IMG/VR virus record: IMGVR_UViG_3300049455_000014
Span: 1-33,031 of that record
Length of the DNA: 33,031 nucleotides
Source of the DNA: a virus
Lineage: Duplodnaviria; Caudoviricetes
Direction: 5' to 3' (one strand)
The notes beneath the pieces are model-generated. The model was not told the DNA's origin. It did not search any database and saw only the letters and a list, made by a program, of their open reading frames with translations. The position numbers and the translations under genes were made by a program. How positions within the stretch are numbered: position 1 is the stretch's first letter; each line of letters opens with the position of its first letter. This document shows positions 7,630 through 15,275 of this stretch, piece after piece.

Positions 7630-9086
7630 AATCCCTCCTCATCTAAAACCTGTTTGATGATCCTGAATTGCTCTCCGCTAAAATGCATTTCATCTCGAAT
7701 TTCGGTACGCTTTAAGCCACGTTTACGGAGTTGGATTATCTGATTTCTGATTTCTGGCAAAACCTCTATTTTGTGCTCAACGGAGTCAACAATAGAAATT
7801 TCAGAAATTTCTGGCATATCGTTGTAAGCTGGCATTTCATCTGGTTTCACGTCACTTCTGAAATCGCCAGAAATATTTCTGATTTCTTCCTGATTTCTGA
7901 AATTTCCAGAAACATTTCTGGAAAGCAATAACCGTATATCATCAGTAGTTGTATCAGCAATTGCGACGATCTCAGGTTTACGGTTAGAGGTTGCAAGCAC
8001 TGCTTTTCCTGGCCCTGCTTCCTCTAAAATTGCCATCATGGATTTGGCTATCTCGTTTTCAAGTCCGGCCATGCGTGCCTGAGCAGGGGAGGTACAAAAG
8101 ACATATCTTGACGCCATAGCATCACGAACAAGTGTCCCTCCGAGTATGGAAGCTGGCACTCCTTGCCCACTAATCAAAGCAAACATACCAACTTTACGTC
8201 CCTCTAAAACTATGCGGCGGATAGCAGGGAGTGCTTCCATCGCCATAGATGCTATGATTGGCATTTCATCGACTAATAAAAGGACAGGCTTAAACTGTGT
8301 ACGTCCGGCGCGACGTGCTTGCAAGCGTTTCGTGAGATATGAATCCAAACTTCTTGAGTAGTCGATGATGTCACGAGGGCTTTCAGCACATTCAAAACTA
8401 CTGCCAAGATCATCCAGAATAGAACCATGAGGATCAAAGATAATCGGCTTGCCTCCGATTAATAAGACATGACCACATACATTTCTCAACAATGTTGACT
8501 TGCCTGTTCCTGGCCGGCCTACGTCAAGCGTTGATAAAAGATCGGTGATATCCCCCCAAATAGGGCCATTAGTAGCTTGTCCTAGAAATAAATGCCCTGG
8601 ATGTATTTGAGAGACAATACTACTAAACGGAGGGGCTACAGGCAGTGGCGCAGGGAGTTGTTCTTGTTCAGTTCCCCAATTCAGTTCTTTAATGGTAACA
8701 GGTGCATTAGGGATAGTGAGCGGGGAGACGCTTCTAAATTCGTGTATGCCTCCGAGGTGATCCGTATGTTTCAATTCAACACTATGGCCCATTGCTAAGG
8801 CGCGTTCTGCTAATAGCCTCTGTGTTTGAGCATGCTTGTGCGTTTGTGTAACTGTCAAATGATGCAAGCTATGAAGATGCACAGCCTTAAATACTCTCCA
8901 GCCTACCGGAATACCAATCAGAATTGTTCCTACAATAGCCAGAGGCTTTCCCCAGGTGTTCCAATTCATAAGTAAGAGAGTAACCACTATAACCAGAACA
9001 AGAAAAACACTTGCACCAATGCCTAGCATTTCTTGCAAGCCAAATGCTGACTGCCGTTCAGATGAAACAACTCTATTTTCATTCAT
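7626..9086 (-). CDS. Membrane-anchored FtsK/HerA/TraB-like P-loop ATPase with C-terminal HTH
   Basis: Two N-terminal TMs, Walker A GRPGTGKS, IFDPH, Walker B LLLVDE, EGRKVG arginine-finger region, ISGQ; likely start MNENRVV. Confidence 0.85.
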   Translation of the reverse strand: MNENRVVSSERQSAFGLQEMLGIGASVFLVLVIVVTLLLMNWNTWGKPLAIVGTILIGIPVGWRVFKAVHLHSLHHLTVTQTHKHAQTQRLLAERALAMGHSVELKHTDHLGGIHEFRSVSPLTIPNAPVTIKELNWGTEQEQLPAPLPVAPPFSSIVSQIHPGHLFLGQATNGPIWGDITDLLSTLDVGRPGTGKSTLLRNVCGHVLLIGGKPIIFDPHGSILDDLGSSFECAESPRDIIDYSRSLDSYLTKRLQARRAGRTQFKPVLLLVDEMPIIASMAMEALPAIRRIVLEGRKVGMFALISGQGVPASILGGTLVRDAMASRYVFCTSPAQARMAGLENEIAKSMMAILEEAGPGKAVLATSNRKPEIVAIADTTTDDIRLLLSRNVSGNFRNQEEIRNISGDFRSDVKPDEMPAYNDMPEISEISIVDSVEHKIEVLPEIRNQIIQLRKRGLKRTEIRDEMHFSGEQFRIIKQVLDEEGL

Positions 9087-9205
9087 AATTACCGCCCCGT
9101 TCCCAGTTCGTTCTACACTTTGATATCCTGGAAGTACAACTACAGGGTATTTGTGCCTGGATGAGTTGCCAAGCTCGTCCAGTCTTTTACTACAACGACA
9201 CTTTA

Positions 9206-9325
9206 CTAATGCCCTGGTCTGCCACAAGAGCATGGGCCTGCATGAAATTCTCCAAATGCACACACGCTGCCACATGAGCACCTACCGCTGCACCAAGCAA
9301 ACACTATTTTGATAATCTTCTTCAT
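9206..9325 (-). CDS. 39-aa Cys/His-rich peptide
   Basis: MKKIIKIVFAWCSGRCSCGSVCAFGEFHAGPCSCGRPGH; starts 4 nt after the previous stop. Confidence 0.5.
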   Translation of the reverse strand: MKKIIKIVFAWCSGRCSCGSVCAFGEFHAGPCSCGRPGH

Positions 9326-9329
9326 TTAC

Positions 9330-9527
9330 TTAGCACTCTCTTCGACAAGATGAACAAAAACGTGCGCCATCAAGTACGTACATCGGCGCATTGTGACAGC
9401 CTGATAGGAAAGTTGCGCCCGGATTGCTTACCGTTCTCCCAAATGTTCTGAATGCAGGTTTACTTCGCCCATCATTTTCTTCTGATTGCTTGTCTTGTTT
9501 GTTGTTCTTTTTACTGAACAGTCCCAT
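9330..9527 (-). CDS. Small zinc-ribbon-like protein
   Basis: SGCHNAPM...FCSSCRREC; GAAAGGA SD. Confidence 0.75.
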   Translation of the reverse strand: MGLFSKKNNKQDKQSEENDGRSKPAFRTFGRTVSNPGATFLSGCHNAPMYVLDGARFCSSCRREC

Positions 9528-9627
9528 TGTTTTGTCCTTTCTGTTACACTTACTTTTGTGCGATACATTCGCACTGTGCTTGTTGCTTGATTGTCCTTTG
9601 CAACAAGCACGCTACTACACAAACGCG

Positions 9628-9813
9628 CTACAATTGCGATAGAGCCTCTTCTACATGCAACACCCATACTGATGCAGGTTCCTGCTTTGCCTGTACTGGC
9701 TCTTGTTTCAAAGCAGTACGAACAGCAACAATCAAGAGCGTGACACCTGCTGCAAAATAGAGCGTCGAACCAATAGAAATCGCTGTCAATATGACTGCTT
9801 TTCTTTGCATCAC
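9628..9813 (-). CDS. Small TM protein
   Basis: Hydrophobic N-terminal half; GTGA overlap with the previous ORF. Confidence 0.65.
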   Translation of the reverse strand: MMQRKAVILTAISIGSTLYFAAGVTLLIVAVRTALKQEPVQAKQEPASVWVLHVEEALSQL

Positions 9814-9977
9814 ACTACCTTAGCAGGGGCTGGAGCAACTGGTAACTGTTGCGTAACGATAGTTCTACGAGATGGCAGTAAACGACGATCTAGCCAGGGC
9901 TTTGCTAATATAAGCCAGGTCGATGTTGTACCAAGACTCCAACCTACAACAACAGAGATAATAATTTCTTCAAACAT
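9810..9977 (-). CDS. 55-aa TM protein
   Basis: MFEEIIISVVVGWSLGTTSTWLILAKPWLDRR...; coupled to both neighbours; not in the ORF track. Confidence 0.65.
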   Translation of the reverse strand: MFEEIIISVVVGWSLGTTSTWLILAKPWLDRRLLPSRRTIVTQQLPVAPAPAKVV

Positions 9978-10240
9978 CACTTACCAACTTTCTTTGCCAC
10001 TGGCATTCTGATAGTTCCACCCAACTCCGATGGCTCTAACACATCCTCACGTAGTAGGGCATCTTGCGCCTGCAATAAAAACTGCATCCTAGAGGCAAAC
10101 CAGAATTCAATCAGCTTGCACGCTATGCCGCTCACTGTTTGCAATCCCCAAATCAACAGGAAGAAATAGAAGAGCGCATGAAAGACTTCTCCCAATGCTA
10201 CCAACAACCCAGGTACGAAAAACTCACTCCAAAAATTCAT
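9977..10240 (-). CDS. Small membrane protein
   Basis: MNFWSEFFVPGLLVALG...FYFFLLIWGL; AAGGTGG SD. Confidence 0.7.
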   Translation of the reverse strand: MNFWSEFFVPGLLVALGEVFHALFYFFLLIWGLQTVSGIACKLIEFWFASRMQFLLQAQDALLREDVLEPSELGGTIRMPVAKKVGK

Positions 10241-10290
10241 GATACACACCACCTTTTTCAAAAGAAATACACTACAAAAACAAATGCTGG

Positions 10291-10548
10291 TTAGCCTGGT
10301 TGTTCTAAACCAAATCCAGCTTCAAACACATTGAAAACGTCGCTTTGCTCTTTCTGAATAAGTTCAATCTCACTTTCACCAAACCACGATGGACGTGATA
10401 CTCCATCCCACTTCACAGCAAGCTGATATTCTCTATAATTCATTTTCTGATTCACCTCTAATACTTCTGCTACTTGACCCTCAAACTTTCCCTCTGCCAG
10501 AACTCGAACGATATCACCCTTAACAATCATTTCTGTTATCCTTTCCAT
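10291..10548 (-). CDS. KOW/SH3-like small protein
   Basis: KGDIVRVLAEGKFEGQVAEV...WFGESEIELI. Confidence 0.7.
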   Translation of the reverse strand: MERITEMIVKGDIVRVLAEGKFEGQVAEVLEVNQKMNYREYQLAVKWDGVSRPSWFGESEIELIQKEQSDVFNVFEAGFGLEQPG

Positions 10549-10555
10549 CTGCCGA

Positions 10556-10744
10556 TTAACTTGATTGCTCTTTCCCGATTTGCTTACTGAATCGAGTAAT
10601 CCACTTTCGGATAGTTGTTTGATGCTCTTTAATAGCTTTCACCTCGTCCATGTCATGTGATTGCTGAATTGCAGCACCAGCATCATAAAGAGCAATATTG
10701 AGAATAGTAAGCAACTCCTGAATATCCTTATCACTTAATTCCAT
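10556..10744 (-). CDS. Hypothetical helical-hairpin protein, first gene of the leftward operon
   Basis: 62-aa ORF with AAGGA SD, immediately after repeat cluster B. Confidence 0.7.
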   Translation of the reverse strand: MELSDKDIQELLTILNIALYDAGAAIQQSHDMDEVKAIKEHQTTIRKWITRFSKQIGKEQSS

Positions 10745-10759
10745 TCCCTTATCCTTTCC

Positions 10760-10876
10760 GAAGTGTCACAAGTGTCACAAAGTGCCGAAAAATTTTGTGA
10801 CACTTCATTCATGCTTAAATGAACGACTACTTGACATAATTCAAGCTCACTACTTCCAAGTGTCGAAATGTCAACA
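10760..10876 (-). repeat. Left arm (cluster B) of a long imperfect inverted repeat
   Basis: AAGTGTCAC x2, AAGTGCCGAAAA, TGTGACACTT, and the core AAGTGTCGAAATGTCAACA at 10858-10876. Confidence 0.85.
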
Positions 10877-10914
10877 CGTTTTCAGAGTTGTTGACGATTT
10901 CAGCAGTTCATGCA

Positions 10915-11874
10915 TCATTCAAATAAAGAATTCACTGGACTGATTGCCCCTCGTCGAGCATCCGATTGTGTAAAAGATTTGAGATAGTTCTCAGTTATCG
11001 AGATGCTGTGATGTCCCATGAGCTTACTCAATCGGTAAATATCGTTTGTTTCCCTCATGTAGACTGTTGCAAAAGTATGCCGGAATGTATGAGGAGAACA
11101 CTGTACGCCACTGATACCAGCTTGCCTACCAAGTTGATGGATAATTCTGAACAGCGTTGATTCAGTCAGTGCATCGCCATGCCTGGTAAGAAATACTGGA
11201 TTGGTTATTGATAACAAGTCACGTCGATGCCGATTGACGAAACGCCGTAACTCTTTTCGACATCGCTCACCTAAACCAACCTCACGCCACTTGTCGCCCT
11301 TACCAAATACTTTGATATGTGCATCGGTTGGAGTCAGGAAGATATGGTTTAGTTGCAAGTGACAGAGTTCAGCGGCTCGTATGCCGGTATCAAGCAAAAG
11401 TAAGATGATAGCGCGGTTCCTGTCTCTCAAGTATGCATTCTCTTTTTCAGATCCCACATTGACATGATTACAAGCCAGTAAAAGAGCATCAATCTGTTCT
11501 TTCGTGAAGATATCTCGCACAAGCACATCACGCTTAGGAGTGCTGATTTTCAGCACTGTTCTAACATCTACATATTCCCCAAATTCTTCACTCTGGCTAC
11601 ACCAGTTCAAGAAAGCTTTGATGACTGCAGCTTGGAGAAACATCGTATGAGAAGAAACTGTACCCCCTGCTTTGCTATGATGTGTTGCCTGGAATGCATC
11701 TAAATAGCTATCAACCGTTCTTGGCTTGATTGTTTCAAGCTGAAGAGATTGTGCTTCACAAAAAGAGCAGAACAAGCCGAGGATACGAGCGGCTTCTGAT
11801 AATGTTTTATTTTTCACTCGACTTTTCCTTTCTGCTTGATACTCTGCTAGTGCTTCACGTACATCCAAGATCAC
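10915..11874 (-). CDS. Tyrosine recombinase (XerC/D-like integrase)
   Basis: DTGIRAAE, GKGDK, HTFRH, LMGH, TENY: all catalytic residues present. At 319 aa it has no obvious arm-binding N-terminal domain. Confidence 0.95.
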   Translation of the reverse strand: MILDVREALAEYQAERKSRVKNKTLSEAARILGLFCSFCEAQSLQLETIKPRTVDSYLDAFQATHHSKAGGTVSSHTMFLQAAVIKAFLNWCSQSEEFGEYVDVRTVLKISTPKRDVLVRDIFTKEQIDALLLACNHVNVGSEKENAYLRDRNRAIILLLLDTGIRAAELCHLQLNHIFLTPTDAHIKVFGKGDKWREVGLGERCRKELRRFVNRHRRDLLSITNPVFLTRHGDALTESTLFRIIHQLGRQAGISGVQCSPHTFRHTFATVYMRETNDIYRLSKLMGHHSISITENYLKSFTQSDARRGAISPVNSLFE

Positions 11875-12251
11875 CTATTCCCCCACAATTCTACGATACA
11901 AACGATACCAATTGGCTTTACAAGCTAGTTTAGCAACTTCTCTCTTATGCCATCATATGGACGTTATGATATTGTTGGCGAGTTGACAAAAATGCTGCTA
12001 TCCTTGCTTCACGATGGTTCATAATGCTCCATTTCCCCTTGAAAACCCTGTTATATGATGTCATAGGGGAATAGTACCTAAAGAAGCATAAAAAAGCAAG
12101 CAAACAGCCAGCATAAACACCTACTCGCTACGCACCATGCTGCGCGCCGCTGATAGCAGTTCTTACACCAGTTTCAACCACTATAAAAAACTATGTGAAA
12201 CTTCTCCACATTTGAAGATAGTTTTCCACAGTAGTTGTGTACAAGTCCTGA

Positions 12252-12287
12252 GAAGTGTCACATGCCGAAATGCCGAAAGGTGTCACA
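12252..12287 (+). repeat. Cluster C of the same motif family
   Basis: GAAGTGTCACA TGCCGAAA TGCCGAAA GGTGTCACA. Confidence 0.8.
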
Positions 12288-12870
12288 AGAATATTTTTTG
12301 TTGGCAGATGATTGTAGAGAAGTTTTTCTAAGCAGGGGGTGAGTAGGGGATATTTCTTATAGACATATGACTATTGTTCAGTTAATAGATATACTTTTAG
12401 TTTATATATTATATATTGATATACAAGATATAGATTTGGACCCTTAACCCTTATCTTAATAAGGATAATAACATATCTAAAAGTACTATGTCAAGAGTTA
12501 AAAGTACTAATTGCTCTTACTCCCTGCTTAGTGAGAATAAATAATTATTAAAAACTGAACAATAACAGAAGAGGGAAAATCTACACATAGCCCCTGCTTT
12601 GCAGATATTCAAATTTAAGCCTCAGATCAAAAATTTGAAGTCTCATAGCTTCCAGGTGAGTGGTAGGACATTTGTTTGAATTTTTTCATCTGAGCGCGTT
12701 ACAGAGGGTTATTTCAGGTGAGTGCATTTTTTGAATGATGGCAAGATATTTTTCTGATAGCTTGCATCTGGCTTGTAAAGCTATGGCACATGAAGCTGTA
12801 ACGTATCAAATTCAAAAAGTGGCATGAGGGCGATTTCTTGATGTATAAATCATCACTGACCTTAAAAAGC

Positions 12871-13000
12871 TGTTGACATTTCGACACTTCATTTTATTTG
12901 AGCTTGATATCTCATCCATTTGAGCACAACGAAGTGTCATTTTGGGTTTCGGCACTTGTGACACTTGAGCACGGAAGTGCCGAAAACACGTGTGACACTT
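12871..13000 (+). repeat. Right arm (cluster D) of the long inverted repeat
   Basis: TGTTGACATTTCGACACTT at 12871-12889, then TGAGCTTGA, GAAGTGTCA, TTTCGGCACTT, TGTGACACTT x2 and AAGTGCCGAAAAC. Confidence 0.85.
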
Positions 13001-13085
13001 GGAGTAAGCACAAACATATTTGCTTTTCATCTCTCTAAACTGTATAGTAAAAGCAGAGTCCTTCATATCGAGAGTAACTATGCAC

Positions 13086-13144
13086 AACAAGAAAGCTTTT
13101 GTCAGGATGTTATCCTTTCCGTTTCTGACAAAAGCTTTCTTGTT
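13086..13144. repeat. Perfect 20-bp inverted repeat upstream of the terminase genes
   Basis: AACAAGAAAGCTTTTGTCAG / CTGACAAAAGCTTTCTTGTT with a 19-nt loop. Confidence 0.85.
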
Positions 13145-13294
13145 TTTATGTCAACAATCCTGTAAGATACTAACTAAGCCGTTTGTTTGGAGTGTGGGGT
13201 AGGCTACTGTCAATAGAGGTGTGGCAAGCAAACGGCGAAACCAAACTTCCACACAATAACCTCAAAAAGCAAGAGCAGTGAATCTAGAAACCTT

Positions 13295-13915
13295 ATGGAA
13301 CCTAATGGTACTCTTTCCAGAAATCAAGAGCGGTTCTTACAAGCACTGCTACTTGGCAAATCTATAGCTGATTCTTATAAACACGCTGGTATCAGTAAGT
13401 CAACTGCATTCCGTTGGATTGAAGAGCCTGTATTTGTTGCAGAGCGCAAACGACGTGAATCAGAACTAGCCAGGTTAGAGCAGGAAGAGATCACACGTGT
13501 TCTGACATCTGGCTATGCTTTGATGCATAGGCGTGTAGAGGCTCTTGATAAGCTCTCCAAGAAGCTTGAAGCATACATGGAAGATGAACACAACATCTGG
13601 CTTCCTGATGTGAAGAGTATTGGAACAGGGCCAACTGCTGAACGTGTTGATTTAGTTCAGTTCAACGATAGGCTCATAAGTGAATACAGAGCAACCTTTG
13701 CCGATCTTGCATCAGAGCTTGGCCAGCGTGTCAAGAAGCAAGAGATAGAACACTCTGGTTTGATTGAACTCTTAAATGCTGAACATGCATCCCTCGTAGC
13801 AGATCTGGAAGCAATACCTGATGGCAGTCCTGTTGAAATCGAAACAGAGAATACAGATACCGGAGCCGATTCCGGTACACCTGGCTCGGAAGATAGCGAA
13901 CCTTTCGCCAACTGA
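13295..13915 (+). CDS. terS: Terminase small subunit (putative)
   Basis: N-terminal HTH (LSRNQERFLQALL...AGISKSTAFRW); overlaps the TerL start. Confidence 0.75.
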   Translation: MEPNGTLSRNQERFLQALLLGKSIADSYKHAGISKSTAFRWIEEPVFVAERKRRESELARLEQEEITRVLTSGYALMHRRVEALDKLSKKLEAYMEDEHNIWLPDVKSIGTGPTAERVDLVQFNDRLISEYRATFADLASELGQRVKKQEIEHSGLIELLNAEHASLVADLEAIPDGSPVEIETENTDTGADSGTPGSEDSEPFAN

Positions 13916-15275
13916 CAGACGGGCTTTTATCCTGCGTCAATCCGTAGCGAAAGCCTTAACAATCAAATACACCTGGGCTGCATGGGCGCGTGATAAACAA
14001 CTCTGGCAAATTGAAGCGCCGGAAGAGTGGGAAACGTGGCTTCATCTAGCAGGGAGAGGCTACGGTAAAACTCGCACAGGCTCAGAGCAGACTATTGAAT
14101 GGGCATTAGATGATCCAGAGGGTCACATAGCCTTAGTAGGTAGAACAGTAGCGGATGTCAGAGATGTCATGATAGGCGGGAAATCTGGCATACTCAAATG
14201 TTCCCCTCCCTGGTTTCGTCCTGAGTACATTCCTAGTAAGCGCCATCTCACCTGGCCAAACGGCTGTACAGCTACAACCTACTCAGCAGATCAACCAAAC
14301 CAACTGAGAGGGCCACAACATACAAAAGCGTGGGGAGATGAACGCGCTAGTTGGCAGTATGACGATGCATATGACCAATTACAATTTGGCTTGCGTCTAG
14401 GTAGAAACCCACAGCTCATACTCACTACAACACCCAGGGCTACAGAAGCAATCAAGGAATTAATCAAGGAACCTGGCACGCATACAACCTATGGCACAAC
14501 CTATGAGAATACTGCCAATCTCACACGTAAGTTTTTCACGACGATTGAACGCAAGTATGGCGGCACTAGACTAGGCTTACAGGAACTACTAGGTCGGATA
14601 CTAGACGATAATCCAGGCGCGCTCTGGAAACGCTCAAACATTGATAAGTTGCGAGTGCGCTATGGAGAAGTACCAGAGTTAAAGCGTGTAGTCGTAGCAG
14701 TTGATCCAGCAGTGAAATCACCTGATGCTGTCAAAGCCGCTCGAGGGGAACTTGACGAAAGCGTAGCTGAAACTGGCATTGTTGTTTGTGGCTTAGGCGT
14801 CAACAATGAGGGTTATGTCATTGCTGACTACAGTATGCAAGGAACACCACTCGAATGGGCGCAACAGGTAGCAATGGCTTATGAGATACATCAAGCTGAT
14901 GCTGTCATAGGTGAAGTGAACAACGGAGGGGATTTAGTTGAGTCAAACATCAGAACAGTCAACAAAAACATTTCTTACATTGCTGTCAGAGCTACAAGAG
15001 GTAAACAAGTACGAGCTGAACCTGTCAGCTCCCTTTATCAACAAGGTCGTGTGCACCATGTTGGAACATTGCCTGACCTTGAAGATCAATGCTGCAACTG
15101 GATTCCAGGAGACAAAAGTCCTGACAGATTAGATGCGCTTGTGTGGGGATTTACTCGTTTGATGGTTGGTCAGGAGTTAGTTGGCGGTATGATGTTAGAT
15201 ACCGATGTGAGAGAGCAAGAAGAGGTAGAAGAGGATGAGCAGGAAGAGCAATCGGCATACGCGCTATTCCGGTAG
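13821..15275 (+). CDS. terL: Terminase large subunit
   Basis: AGRGYGKT Walker A, LRGPQ, WGDE, TTTP, VAVDP nuclease motif, GEVNNGG, SPDRLDA. Confidence 0.95.
   Translation: MAVLLKSKQRIQIPEPIPVHLARKIANLSPTDRRAFILRQSVAKALTIKYTWAAWARDKQLWQIEAPEEWETWLHLAGRGYGKTRTGSEQTIEWALDDPEGHIALVGRTVADVRDVMIGGKSGILKCSPPWFRPEYIPSKRHLTWPNGCTATTYSADQPNQLRGPQHTKAWGDERASWQYDDAYDQLQFGLRLGRNPQLILTTTPRATEAIKELIKEPGTHTTYGTTYENTANLTRKFFTTIERKYGGTRLGLQELLGRILDDNPGALWKRSNIDKLRVRYGEVPELKRVVVAVDPAVKSPDAVKAARGELDESVAETGIVVCGLGVNNEGYVIADYSMQGTPLEWAQQVAMAYEIHQADAVIGEVNNGGDLVESNIRTVNKNISYIAVRATRGKQVRAEPVSSLYQQGRVHHVGTLPDLEDQCCNWIPGDKSPDRLDALVWGFTRLMVGQELVGGMMLDTDVREQEEVEEDEQEEQSAYALFR

Noticed and set aside
7078-7743. 221-aa plus-strand ORF and other antisense ORFs across the window
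   Set aside because: They are shadows of well-supported genes on the opposite strand.
9087-9281. 65-aa N-terminal extension of the ATPase
   Set aside because: It overlaps a better small ORF, and ATG 9086 has a G-rich SD followed by the TM region.
10858-12889. IS or transposon terminal inverted repeats
   Set aside because: There is no DDE transposase or evident target duplication, and the homology extends outward from the core rather than inward.
10760-13000. CRISPR array
   Set aside because: The repeats are short, irregularly spaced and in both orientations, with no constant repeat-spacer period and no cas genes.
11730-13202. Track ORFs 11730, 12137, 12812, 12965 and 13020
   Set aside because: No SD, no recognisable motifs, and they overlap the repeat clusters or the recombinase; treated as non-coding.
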